A stretch of 63,992 nucleotides of DNA, filler included, from Stramenopiles sp. TOSAG23-6 (lineage: Eukaryota), in NCBI GenBank assembly GCA_900128565.1. It is 5 parts of 5 records of this genome, joined end to end, with 100 filler letters (N's around TTAATTAATTAA, not from the genome) between each part and the next. Parts side by side here need not be neighbours in the genome. Positions count along the whole stretch, not along the records: positions 13,532 to 26,939 come from LT636167.1; positions 27,040 to 40,398 come from LT636168.1; 3 more parts are not named here. One strand, 5' to 3'. Below, in pieces: positions 20,594 to 31,487 of the stretch. The notes beneath the pieces are model-generated. The model ran no database searches, was not told the origin of the DNA, and saw only the letters and a list, made by a program, of their open reading frames with translations. Position numbers and translations under genes: made by a program. Numbering within the stretch: position 1 is the stretch's first letter; the number at the start of each line of letters is the position of its first letter.

Positions 20594-21594
20594 TTAATCA
20601 TTCATATGATGTTTTTTCGATTGTAATTTCGAAATTTCTCTTTGAAGAAGCTCTAATTTTCTCTGCTTTTCTTGCTTTAGGGCTAATACACTGTTTCTCA
20701 AAGGAATTAAAGATTTTTCCATTAATAATACTAACGCTTTCTGAAACACCGCCGCAGAAAATGCTCTCTGGCCAATTATTCCACTATCAGTTTGACTATC
20801 TTTTCTAATACTTTCAAAGTAGAGGTCTCTTTCTTCCTCAAATAATATCTTTTGAAGGTGAAGCAAACATCGCTGTGATTCCGATAAGGAAGTTGAACAC
20901 TGATTGGTTTCTAAAACCTTAGGAGAAATTACAGATATTGGAATATCCGCTCTAAGCTGCCTTCCATCATCAAGAACTCGTGTTTGGAACGCTGTCATTT
21001 GCAACCTACCCCTACACATAGAGTCTGTATTGAATGGTGCTGCAATAATTCCACAAAAATTTTGGGACATTTGCTGCCATAGATACTGAGTACGAACATC
21101 TATTTGTGAAAATTGTGCACTAAAATATATGAAAAGTTAACTTCTATTCAAAAAAAGTAGAATATAAATGTTCAAGTTGTTTGATACAGCAATAATTTAC
21201 AATTGAATACAGTGATTTGTAATATTTACTTACCAACATGAGAAGGGTGTACAGTAATATGTGGGTGGGAATGAAACCATCCAATAACTCGAGTTCGCAC
21301 TCCTAAACGTTTACTCATTTGTTCAGCCAGTGTCGATGCGTTAGCAAGTTGTTCTGGAGAAATCTCCACTCTATCTTTACGCTTATCTGAACGAGTGAGT
21401 ATAGTAGAACCCCATACATGTGCAACACATTTTGTATTATTTTTATTATGAAGTTCCCCATCAGTCATGTCCAAGCCCTCCTCGGTTTTCCAATCCCCGA
21501 GAAGAAGACTCATAACTTCCTGCTTTTCCGTCACTTGGGCGTGAACAAAACAAGACCAGAGAACATCCCACGTTATCTCCACTCGCGTTAACAT
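20594..21594 (-). CDS. BRCC3: BRCC36-like JAMM/MPN+ K63 deubiquitinase; exons 21594-21234, 21099-20594
   Basis: TEKQEVMSLLLG, RSDKRKDRVEISPEQL, GWFHSHPHITVHPSHV|DVRTQ. Confidence 0.9.
21100..21233 (-). other. Canonical GT-AG intron
   Basis: gtt g|GTAAGT...TTTTCACAAATAG|at gtt restores PSHVDVRTQ. Confidence 0.88.
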
Positions 21595-21808
21595 TATAAA
21601 TAAATTGAACCTTTGCTGCAACAATACAAAGAACTAGAAGCTGCGAATTTACTATATATCACTATGCAAGGTAAGACTATTCGAATGAAATATTTTAAGG
21701 TTTCTTTCTTTCTATTTTCGGAGACTTGGCACTTTCTTCAAAGAGGTGACTTCTGGCCAAGTATCTGCTGGCCAAGAGCACGACGTTGAATTTATCATCA
21801 GTCAAAAT

Positions 21809-21823
21809 TAACCCTAACCCTAA
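21809..21823. repeat. Interstitial telomere-like repeat
   Basis: TAACCCTAACCCTAA. Confidence 0.7.
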
Positions 21824-21933
21824 ACTAACATTTAAAATAATAGGCTTGAACTGACTCGAATACTGGACTCAACCATAGAGTCAGACCAGAGAGACGCATA
21901 GTTTTATCATTTCCTAAAAGTCGAAGAATTGCG

Positions 21934-24561
21934 ATGAAGTATTTAATCATCTGTTTAACGCTACTTTGTGCGACAGTTGGTGAGGCAACTCTAACGCATA
22001 AAGTATTTATTGAATATTTGAGAGAAAATCAAACCCAGGAGGCAGAAACTTTGGCACAAAAGTATATTGATGACGTCGACGTCCACGAATTACCGCCTAA
22101 TTTCTTGGAAGAAGGTCTCGCGTATAGCTTAATAAATTCAAGAATGGAGTTAGCTAAGTCTTTTTTGTATAAAGGAGCACATGTAACTGAAAGTATTTAC
22201 AAAGACTTTATCAGAAGAGGAAAACACGAAGAAGTAGAGTTGCTATTTTCTTTCGATGACAGAACAGATTTAAAATTTAATTTGCTGCAATTTGCGCTCG
22301 ATCTTCAGGGGAGGGACGTAAGGAGTCTACAATGGGTTTTTGAAATTGCTTACAAGGATGGAATTAGTATAGATGATTTTGAAATTAACAAACACACCGC
22401 ACTAACGTACTGTCTTGAATCAGAAGAAATGACTTTAGTTTCGGATTTAGTAACAAAATATAAAGTAGATGTTGATAAAGTGGATGCTAGTGGTTACAGC
22501 CCGCTTCAAATTGCTTTGAAAATGTTAGAGACTGAAGACGCCGTGGGTCATGTCGAAGGTCTTCGTAATGTTATACTACTATTCTTACATAATGGTGATG
22601 GAAAAATAGCTTTCAAAGGAAGTAGTTCTGGTGAAACACTCCTTACTTGGCTTCTGAAACGCGAGGATGTTCATGGAATAATTGAGTACTTATTGGATGC
22701 TAAAGGCGTAAATATTAATCAAACGAATGACAATGGTGAAACACCCCTTGAAATCTCTTTAAGATTTAGGGGTACCGGTGATTATTTTACGACAGAGAAA
22801 CTCCTAGAGAGAGGTGCTGATCCTAAACAGAGATTACGCGGAGGAGAAACATTGCTCACTAGTCTTCTGAAATTTAAAGACTGGAAAATGATGAAGGATC
22901 TTCCAGGTTTATCGATTCTTGCTAATCAAATGAATGCTCATCATGAAACACCGCTTTCAATTGCGGTCGCTCAAAATAATTTGGATGCATGCAAATTTCT
23001 TGTACATGATTTCGAAGCTGATATAAATGGATTTAATGGTCTCGCAATGGCAAAGGCATCTAATAATGCAACAGTTACACACCATACTGGAGAGTATAAA
23101 CTTATACTTGACTACGTTGATGTATTTTTTATTTTTTTGAATTTGTATTTTTTTTTCGTACAAATTTGTGTACCTAACAAAATNTACAAAAAAATATATA
23201 TTTTCACGATACATGGGCGAAATTATCCACAATACGAACAATCAAATGGAAATAATTATCTATATATTGGTAGACAAGAAACGATGCAAATACTTGGGGT
23301 CTCTGGATCTGGTGATTTTATTCGTCCTTTCCCTGGTGGTGATCTATATGGAGACTTTGTTGTAGAAACAAAAGGCGGATTACGAGGACTAACTAGTCGT
23401 GTATTCCATTTGTCAGATTGTCAGGCAAAAATTGTTGCTTCTCGGATCCAAATTGAGCCTATGAACATTAATAGTAATTGTCCTAATCAGGATATTATAA
23501 TTATAACGGATTCGTATGAAGAACTGGATTCAAAGTTAACGTATCTTCGTGTGAAGACATTATTAGATCTAGGAGCGGATGGAAATATTGTGTTTAAAAC
23601 TGATGTTATACCAATTATTCCCTCGGTTACACCAACTGAATCTTTACCCTGCCCTACAGGGGTTACACCACTGTACATCTTTACGCAAAATGGACATCTA
23701 GAAATTGTTGACGCGTTATTGAAAAGTGGAGTTGATGTTAATAAAACTGGAAATGACACTTCGATGTTGGAAGCAGCATTAAATGAGATAACTGATAGCA
23801 AAATTATTGAGAAATTATTGGAGCATAAAGTCGATCCTTTTGGAAATGGTGCTTTATCAGAGTATCTTAAGAGAAAATCTAAACCATCTCCTATCATTGT
23901 TCAGCTTCTATTAGATTATGGAATTAGTATGAATTCTGGTTACATTGGTGACTGCGCTTTATCTGAGTCTTTGAAATTGAAATTGAATGATATTACTCAA
24001 ATGATATTAAGTACTAATCCTCGTATTGACACTCCAATGCTTGTGGATGCAATGATGAACCCAAATTATGACGTTGATCGATATGTCTTTGAAAAAACGT
24101 TTGGCGATAAAGAATATAGAAAGAAATTACTATTAGCTGCGAAGATGCTTCATTTTGCTAAAAGAGATGATGTTGTTTGCGATGTTTTACAGAAACTTTT
24201 GCCATATATGAACAAGGCACAAGATAAAATTGCCTTGAGGAATATACAAAACTGTTACATTCACACTGGAAAAAGAGTTAATGATGTTTTTGGTACCTTA
24301 TCTAAAGATGCAGTTGAAGTGAGTGTAGGCGGCGGGGCAGCGACCGATTCAGAACATTTGAAAACTGATGCACGCCAATTGGAGCCCGAGCCGGAGCTCG
24401 AGCCGCAGCCGTTGACAGAGAATCAGCGGAATCAGGCGAGGAAGCTCGCAAATCGACTGGGGCACAAGGCAGCTGAAGAAGAGAAACTCCCGACGCAAGC
24501 GAGTGCTTTAGTGGGTACTATATTAGATGAATTAATTGAATCTCTTTTAAAAAAATTTTAG
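21934..24561 (+). CDS. Ankyrin-repeat protein with N-terminal signal-like peptide; one intron
   Basis: GYSPLQIAL, GETPLEISL, GVTPLYIFTQNGHLEIVDALLKSGVDVN. Confidence 0.85.
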   Translation: MKYLIICLTLLCATVGEATLTHKVFIEYLRENQTQEAETLAQKYIDDVDVHELPPNFLEEGLAYSLINSRMELAKSFLYKGAHVTESIYKDFIRRGKHEEVELLFSFDDRTDLKFNLLQFALDLQGRDVRSLQWVFEIAYKDGISIDDFEINKHTALTYCLESEEMTLVSDLVTKYKVDVDKVDASGYSPLQIALKMLETEDAVGHVEGLRNVILLFLHNGDGKIAFKGSSSGETLLTWLLKREDVHGIIEYLLDAKGVNINQTNDNGETPLEISLRFRGTGDYFTTEKLLERGADPKQRLRGGETLLTSLLKFKDWKMMKDLPGLSILANQMNAHHETPLSIAVAQNNLDACKFLVHDFEADINGFNGLAMAKASNNATVTHHTGEYKLILDYVDVFFIFLNLYFFFVQICVPNKXYKKIYIFTIHGRNYPQYEQSNGNNYLYIGRQETMQILGVSGSGDFIRPFPGGDLYGDFVVETKGGLRGLTSRVFHLSDCQAKIVASRIQIEPMNINSNCPNQDIIIITDSYEELDSKLTYLRVKTLLDLGADGNIVFKTDVIPIIPSVTPTESLPCPTGVTPLYIFTQNGHLEIVDALLKSGVDVNKTGNDTSMLEAALNEITDSKIIEKLLEHKVDPFGNGALSEYLKRKSKPSPIIVQLLLDYGISMNSGYIGDCALSESLKLKLNDITQMILSTNPRIDTPMLVDAMMNPNYDVDRYVFEKTFGDKEYRKKLLLAAKMLHFAKRDDVVCDVLQKLLPYMNKAQDKIALRNIQNCYIHTGKRVNDVFGTLSKDAVEVSVGGGAATDSEHLKTDARQLEPEPELEPQPLTENQRNQARKLANRLGHKAAEEEKLPTQASALVGTILDELIESLLKKF
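23122..23214 (+). other. Family intron, GT...AT (93 nt, stopless)
   Basis: gat|GTATTTTT...TACCTAAC...TTTTCACGATACAT|ggg. Confidence 0.75.
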
Positions 24562-24655
24562 AAAGAAATTTAAGAAAGAAAGAAAGATGTACATTATTTT
24601 TTTATGGAAAAATAAATTATTTTATGTCAAAAAAATAATATTTTGTCGGTTGTGT

Positions 24656-24771
24656 ATACTCCACTCCGGTCCAGTCACGAAATTTGAGGGTCCCGCATTT
24701 TGTGGGTGCTCCCCGGCCCAAAGGATATTAGCTAATAAAATTTTTGGTCGGTCTAGCTTAGGTAGCCGGCA
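24656..24771 (+). ncRNA. Speculative Sm-class snRNA candidate (U5-like layout)
   Basis: GC-richer intergenic island of ~115 nt. Starts ATACTC, has GCATTTTGT at about nt 39, an Sm-like AATTTTTGG at 24739-24747, and a terminal hairpin. Confidence 0.25.
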
Positions 24772-25277
24772 GAGATTTTTATGTACGTATTATATTATTA
24801 TTTTTTTAAATTTAATAATACTAATTTTATCAAAATCGTCTCGAAATCGCAAGCAAGAATCAATCCGAATAATCAAAAAAATCGCCAAAAAAAAATCGAA
24901 AAAAATAATATTCATCGGTCATTTTATTTTTTTCTTTATGAACAGCAGCAAACATCAAAAAAAATATATACTAGCTGAGCTCAACACTTTTTGAGGCAAC
25001 AGTATTAAAAGCAACTGTATCTCGTAGTATTTGAATAATATTATATTATTCTTCAGTGATACAGTCATCCCATTTATAAACTTTCACCAAAGAAGTTACC
25101 ACTGAAGAATAATGCACTCATACTACTTCGTAACTTTACTACTTTCCCTGTGCGCGATACACCGTAAGTCTTATAAACAACAAAAACATCACCTATATTC
25201 AAATTGAAACCTTCATTCTATCCTTAACTTGACTTACATATCACACAATCATAGAATCCAGTGCTTACGAATGCAAT

Positions 25278-25700
25278 GTGTGGATGGAAAATTCGACGTA
25301 TAGTATTGATAAGAATGGTGAAAAAAAACTCACAACTCCAGACGTGGAGGAAGAAGATGACATGGATGTCCCATTCGCAAAACGAAAACAAGTGGATACC
25401 AGTTCAGGCTGTGTAACTCTAAATATGACCATACAATGGAAAGACAAAGACGACATTACGCATAAGTCACATTTATCAACAGGAAACTCAGTTGAAGAAC
25501 TCTCTACTGGCTCTACTGGTAAAAATTGCCTTGAATTTGTAGAAGAAATGAAAGCCTGGCTGGAGGTCTTCAATATGTTTGATTTGGGACGTCACAATAA
25601 TACGAAAGCTACTGTCGAATCGTCGCGTTGTAAGATGTGTGAAACTAATTTATGTAATGATAACCTCTTATTGGAAGATTCTACATCATTGAGACATTGA
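25278..25700 (+). CDS. Hypothetical protein
   Basis: 140-codon ORF with no recognisable domain. Confidence 0.3.
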   Translation: MWMENSTYSIDKNGEKKLTTPDVEEEDDMDVPFAKRKQVDTSSGCVTLNMTIQWKDKDDITHKSHLSTGNSVEELSTGSTGKNCLEFVEEMKAWLEVFNMFDLGRHNNTKATVESSRCKMCETNLCNDNLLLEDSTSLRH

Positions 25701-25846
25701 AACTATGCGCAATATTTTTTTTATTAAAATAACATTGTTCCTTCAACAAACGAATGATCAACTTAGTATTTCTAATTAATAATTAGGGTTTAGGGATTTT
25801 TGAATTTTCGTATGACTTTCATTTTTTGTAGAGTTTCATGATGTGG

Positions 25847-25919
25847 TTCTTCTCTTTTCTCTTTTAGATTCAAATTTTATAGTATCGATACACTTTGTTG
25901 AGCTGTCTATTATTTTTGT
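25847..25919 (-). repeat. 73-bp inverted copy of 18465-18537, bracketed by telomere repeats
   Basis: Exact reverse complement by eye. TTAGGG-type repeat at 25783-25795 and CCCTAA-type repeat at 25919-25933. Confidence 0.85.
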
Positions 25920-26283
25920 AACCCTAACCCTAATATTTTATGATATATCTCCTGAATGTTTGTCAGTTAAATTTGAAAGTGTGATCACTGATCACTGATG
26001 AGTGTGATGGTCATTTTTTTTGATTGTTTTTGTTGATGGTTCGTTTCGCACGCACGTCGTTGTAGTATTTTACTATTTTCTAACTAGTACCACCAAGGTA
26101 TTAATACTTGTATGTAGCCGCCTTGACCGAAAATACTGGTCGAAATTCGGCGTGTTCCACAAGGATATTTAACCATACAATACTTGTGATGATGTACAGT
26201 TTATTTAGATATTCAATAACTTACAGTTCGTATACAGTTCACAGATAAATCCCGTTCTAGAGGGCTAAAAAAATAATATAGTG

Positions 26284-26840
26284 ATGGCAAAAAAAAAAAA
26301 GAAAAAAAGTAATAAAAATAAAGATATCCAAGAGTCGAGGAAACGAAAACAACAAGAACGCAATGAAAGGAAAAATGCAAAGATAGAAAGGGATAGTGTG
26401 AAATGGCAAACAGACTTGCAAAAGCTAGTTGTACAACTCAAGAAACATTCACTATGTGTTAGAAATGTTTTACCCGATGGTAACTGTTTGTTCCGTGTAG
26501 TTTTTATATATTAGAAGCAATAATGTACTTGAGAAAAACACCAGTTTATAGTTTCATAATTTATAGTTTACATATTTCACATATAATATGCACTTGCCGA
26601 TCAAATCGAGGGCCAAACTAAAAATCATTTGGAGTATAGACTGAAAATAGTTGATTTCATGGAGAACAATGCTTCAGATTTTTCTGGTTTTTTTGATACA
26701 GATGAAGAAACATGGGAAGAATATCTTTGTAGAATGCAAATAAATGCAGAGTGGGGTGGAAACTTGGAACTCAAGGCAGCCTCGGAGTTATTTAACTGTC
26801 AGATTGTAATTCACCAAGCTAATCAACCTCGGTGGATTAT
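26284..26840 (+). CDS. OTU-family deubiquitinase (OTUD3-like), 3' truncated; exons 26284-26496, 26590-26840
   Basis: PDGNCLFR|ALADQ, WGGNLELKAAS, IVIHQ. Confidence 0.88.
26497..26589 (+). other. Divergent GT...AT intron
   Basis: cgt|GTAGTT...TTTCACATATAATAT|gca restores DGNCLFRALADQ. Nearby upstream AGs give a frameshift or stop. Confidence 0.8.
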
Positions 26841-26939
26841 GTATGTTTTATTTTTTTTCAAATTCGATTTTTTTTTCGTACGGAATTTTGTACCTAACAA
26901 ATTTTAGTTTTTTTTTTTGAAATATTTTTCCAAAATACA
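26841..26939 (+). other. Family intron (end at gap)
   Basis: at|GTATGTTTT...GTACCTAAC...TTCCAAAATACA. Confidence 0.75.
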
Positions 26940-27039
26940 NNNNNNNNNNNNNNNNNNNNNNNNNNNNNNNNNNNNNNNNNNNNTTAATTAATTAANNNNN
27001 NNNNNNNNNNNNNNNNNNNNNNNNNNNNNNNNNNNNNNN
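26940..27039. other. Artificial contig linker
   Basis: N + TTAATTAATTAA + N. Confidence 0.97.
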
Positions 27040-27779
27040 ATAAAGGTGCACAGAATTTATTTGAACTTGGTTATGCAAAATATTATGGCATAGACTTTCA
27101 GACTAGAGATGAAGAGACTGGACAACTATTGATTGGATCTGCAGCTATTGCTGGTTTTCCAGTGGCTATTGCGTTATGTACTCTCATGGGTTGGAATGGT
27201 CATAAAGAGGATGATGAAAAAGCATTTAAAATGTTTATGGAGAATAGTGATTATAGTTATGCTCAATGTAATATTGGTTTTTGCTATCAATATGGTTGGG
27301 GTGTTGCTGAAGATAAAAAAGAAGCTTTCAAGTGGTATACTACATCTGCTAATTTCAATAATAGTACGGGACAATATGAACTTGGTCGTTGCTATGATTT
27401 TGGTGATGGTGTTGCTACAGATATAAAAGAAGCTTTCAAGTGGTATACTAAAGCAGCTAATTCAGGAAATTGTTCCGCACAATTCAAGCTTGGTTTTTGC
27501 TATCAATGTGGTTGGGGTGTTGTTGAAGATAAAAAAGAAGCTTTCAAGTGGTATACTAAATCGGCTAATGCAGGTGATATCAGTGGACAAAGCAGTCTTG
27601 GTCAGTGCTATTATAAAGGTTGGGGTGTTGATAAAGACGAAGAAGAAGGTATAAAGTGGTATACTAAAGCAGCAGATTCCGGTGATAGTCGGGGAAAAGC
27701 ATTCCTTGTTGAGTTGAAAAATTCTATTACTGATATTCTTAGAGAGTCTACAACTGATTCCAGTTCTGATGAATATTAG
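27040..27779 (+). CDS. Sel1-like repeat protein (5' truncated)
   Basis: Repeated AQxxLGxCYxxGWGVxxDxKEAFKWYTKxA units. Confidence 0.9.
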
Positions 27780-27910
27780 AGTTCTGATGAATCTGATTTA
27801 CTATAAATACAATGAATACTATAAATATTTCACCTTCATATACAATTTCTTTACCTAATTATCTTTTAGTAGATAGAATGAAATTTCGGTCAACGTCTCG
27901 TGTTGAACAT

Positions 27911-28092
27911 GTATATCTTTTATTGTTTTTTCAATTTTCAATTTATTTTTTTTTTCGTACGAAATTTCGTACCTAACAAACATTTTATGATTTTTTTTGT
28001 TTTATTTTTTCGTTGACTGTCGCGACTTTTCGTTTTTTTCGTATTTCGTGTTGAGTTGATTTGTCAAATTGTCAATTTCGACACAATTTCAG
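27911..28092 (+). other. Family-derived element, possible first intron of pantothenate kinase (GT..AG)
   Basis: Contains TTCGTACGAAATTTCGTACCTAAC. Ending at ACACAATTTCAG|ATG would join an 11-codon exon (27878-27910) in frame. Confidence 0.45.
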
Positions 28093-29834
28093 ATGGATAC
28101 CTCGAGCAAGCAACATAGGACTAGTATGCAAAATATTATGGACTTCCCAAATGTGCATGCCCATAAAAACAAAGACATGGAGGATAACGATGGCTCTTCT
28201 GGAACGCCAGATACACTTTTAGGTCGCCCGCCACTAAGTCCCCCACGTAAACCATGTGAAAGCCCTGGCGCTGGGATGACTCCCAGTGTACAGTCTAGTA
28301 TCTCGGCAACTTCTAGGCCACCGTCTCTTCAAACAACGACGTCGCCACCAAGGCCAGCCGGAAAGATGGATAGTTGCAAAAGAACCCGTTACAACAGTTC
28401 CTCTAGCTGTCTTAGTAACGCATCTGCAGTGCGCCGAAGTACTGAAGCTATATTAAAGTGGGAAAACGATGTCGTTGATAAAAGTCGGCAATTCGCAATG
28501 GGTCTTGATGTCGGAGGGTCTCTTGCAAAAGTTGCACATTTCGAGCCTGATGTATTATCTGATCGTATGCGTTCACAGAGTATGGATGAAACCAATCAAA
28601 GAGTCTTATTATATATGAAATCTCATAGGGATCCTCCACCATCTTGTAGTGAAGATTCGACATCCGAAGATTCTAGGTCTACATCTACAGATGGAAATGT
28701 GAATATTTCATCTAACAGTATTCATTTAGATGTACTTCGAGGTACCCTTCATTTTCTAACATTTCAATCGTGTAAGTTTGAAGAACACGTGGATCTCGTG
28801 TTATCACAAAAACTAGTTCATAAAGGTCGAGATCTGTACGTTATTCACTTTATTTATAATTTTTTTGCCATTCATTTCATTCAAGATTCCGTGCCTAATG
28901 GATTTTGGATCTGACATATTTTTCACAATACTTGTGTGCCACAGGTGGAGGAGCTCATAAATATGAGAAGTTAATTCGCGAAAAGCTTGAGTTACGATTA
29001 AAGCAATACGATGAATTGCAAATGTTAATTTTGGGAATGGATTTTCTTATCTTTCATGTTCCAGATGAATGTTATTACTTTGAACATTTCAAATTTTCTC
29101 ACGGCGATGCCATGACTGCAATTCCATATCCTTTATCACTTGAGGAAGATGTATATCCATATCTTGTTGTCAATATCGGATCTGGGGTTAGTATAATGAG
29201 TGTGGAAGGTGAAGGTAAATTCCGTCGTGTGGGTGGTACAGCACTTGGAGGCGCTACTTTTTTTGGTTTAACTAGTTTACTATGCCCGACAGTGACTTCA
29301 TTCAATGAGGCTTTAGAACTTGCAAATAGAGGAAACAATGCAAATGTTGATTTGCTAGTGAAAGATATATATGGTGGTGAATATAAGACATTTAGTTTAA
29401 AAGGTTCTCTTATTGCAGCTGCATTTGGTAAACTAACTCAACCAAAGTATAGAAATAGTGCAAACCCAGAAGATTTAGCCTTGGCTACTTTGGTCATGAT
29501 CTCAAGTAATGTTGGTGCCATTTCTCACCTTCAAGCTGAAATTCATCATTCAAAAACAGTTATGTTTACAGGTAGTTTCTTGCGTAATAACAAATTAGCA
29601 ATGCGAACATTAACGTATTACACGGACTTCATGGCAAAAGGGAAACGACGTGCTTTATTCTTGAGACATGATGGATACTTTGGTGCTATCGGCGCTTTAC
29701 TTCAAAATTATGCTATCACGAATCCACTTGAATTTGGAGTTAACGAGGAGAATAGCGAGGAGAATACTGGGGATGTATCACCACTTTCTGCACATTGTCC
29801 CAAACTTTCCAGGTGGCTTTATAAACCTAAATAA
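28093..29834 (+). CDS. PANK: Type II (eukaryotic) pantothenate kinase; exons 28093-28835, 28934-29834
   Basis: GLDVGGSLAK, L|CATGGGAHK, YPYLVVNIGSGVSI, GGTALGGATF, FLRHDGYFGAIGA. Confidence 0.92.
28836..28933 (+). other. Family-related intron, GT...TT
   Basis: ct|GTACGTT...TTTTCACAATACTT|g tgt gcc restores LCATGGGA. The next AG is out of phase. Confidence 0.8.
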
Positions 29835-29977
29835 AGAGAAATAAAAATTATTAATGAAATTTGGAATTATTTACCACATTCCAGAGTATTGAATATTATG
29901 GTTAGGTTTTATTTTTATTTTATTTTACAATACCATAGAATATTAAATATTTACAGATGGGTATGTTGCTTTACATA

Positions 29978-30391
29978 CTAGTTTGAAGGGCATGCTTGTT
30001 TACATGCAGTGCCCGCTACACCAACAGCTATTCCACATTCTGGTTCGCCAAAAATCTCCAAGGCGCAAGCTACTTCTCCAGCCGCTTCTGCAGCCGCACA
30101 ACCAGCGTTACAGGCAACTACTCCAGCTGTACTCAACGATGTGAGTAATTCTTTTGTTGGAAGGCCCATGCAATATGATGAACCTGTGGTATGGTTATTT
30201 AAACGTGAGCATGCGTCGCCATCTTTCATGCTGAAGTGAGCTTTTATTGAATCTTTACAATCAATGCAATTTGGAGCAAACGCTACAAATGAATAGTTCA
30301 CAGAAGGAACTGCTGGTACTCCACGCAGTACTGATGTAGCATTTGCCATCAATATCGTGGTGGTAAATAGGAAAAAGCTGAAGACGTTCAT
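29978..30391 (-). CDS. Small secreted Cys/Ala-rich protein
   Basis: Signal peptide; ten Cys in the mature part. Confidence 0.65.
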   Translation of the reverse strand: MNVFSFFLFTTTILMANATSVLRGVPAVPSVNYSFVAFAPNCIDCKDSIKAHFSMKDGDACSRLNNHTTGSSYCMGLPTKELLTSLSTAGVVACNAGCAAAEAAGEVACALEIFGEPECGIAVGVAGTACKQACPSN

Positions 30392-31487
30392 TTTTTTATC
30401 GTTGTTTTTTTCTTTGGAAGAAATAAGTTATGATACAAATGAGAGATTACGCTATACAATAACTGTGTTTAAAACTCACTTTTTTTTGGGTTCCTGTCGA
30501 CAATGTCATTTTTCTAGGAGGTCAAAATTAAATTTTGTATTTCGGCAGTTACGCCGCGAAAAACATCAAAAAAATTCGCATGTTTTTTGTTACCTCAAGT
30601 GAGTCAAGTCAAAATCATATAACTAGAGTTTCCCTGCGGAAGGGACCCTGCCCTCACCAGTCATGAAGAAGCCTACCAAGAACGAAAAACAAGGAAATAA
30701 TGAAAGATCGCATGATGATGCTGTCACTGCAGAGGAAGAACGTAGACCTCCAAGGCCGAAGCCAAAACCTGCTGTCAAGTGGGAAGGGAGCGATGATCCT
30801 TACTACGATGATACCGAGGCGCCACAAGTTGGCTGTACTGTCCTTTGAAGGGGGCGAACGATCCATTTGGGAATACGATCAAAGCAAACAAGTACAGATA
30901 TAAGAAAAACACTTCACCAGACAAAATGGTCAACAATTTTTTTCAACGCAGTAAAGCGGTTGAGCGACTATGAGGAGGCGGATGGACATATTACCCCGGG
31001 GGTTTAGGAAGGAGACAATATACAGAAGATCGACTATGAGGGGGAGGAAGATGGACATATTGACTTACACAGTTTTAGGAAGGAGAAAAGATACAGAAGT
31101 AAATTTTAACATAAGCGTAAAAAGGAAAGAACTTATTTTAATAGAGATGTTTTGAATAAAATATACGATATTTGTTTATATAAATGTGCCATATACAAAG
31201 GAAGCTATTGCAATGGCACGGGCGGAAGGAATACTTTACATGGTTGGTTTGCATTTAAACTTATCAAAATGTTACCCTCTAAATCCACCCGAATGCATTC
31301 CTTCGACGTCGACTACAATACCTTTTTCTTTAGGTACAAAATTTTGTACCAAAGATGTCATCACAATCTTCTCATATTTCGTGTTGTTTGTTTTGCACAT
31401 CAAAATATTCAGCAGGGCAGCCGCTTCGAACTGCCGCACAAGTTGCAAGCACAGCACAGTCGCAGAATTGAGTATTGGAAATTCAAG

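Noticed and set aside
24587-24994. Short AT-rich ORFs, and Phe/Lys-rich peptides such as FFVRNFVPN or SYEILYLT throughout the ORF track
   Set aside because: Low-complexity intergenic sequence or translations of the intron family, not proteins.
30654-31155. Small ORFs and an imperfect repeat (CGACTATGAGG..ATGGACATATT twice)
   Set aside because: No coherent frame or recognisable product. At most a decayed gene.
31152-31487. N-terminal extension of the DBP5 ORF
   Set aside because: TTG start and it includes an element fragment. ATG 31488 is the likelier start.
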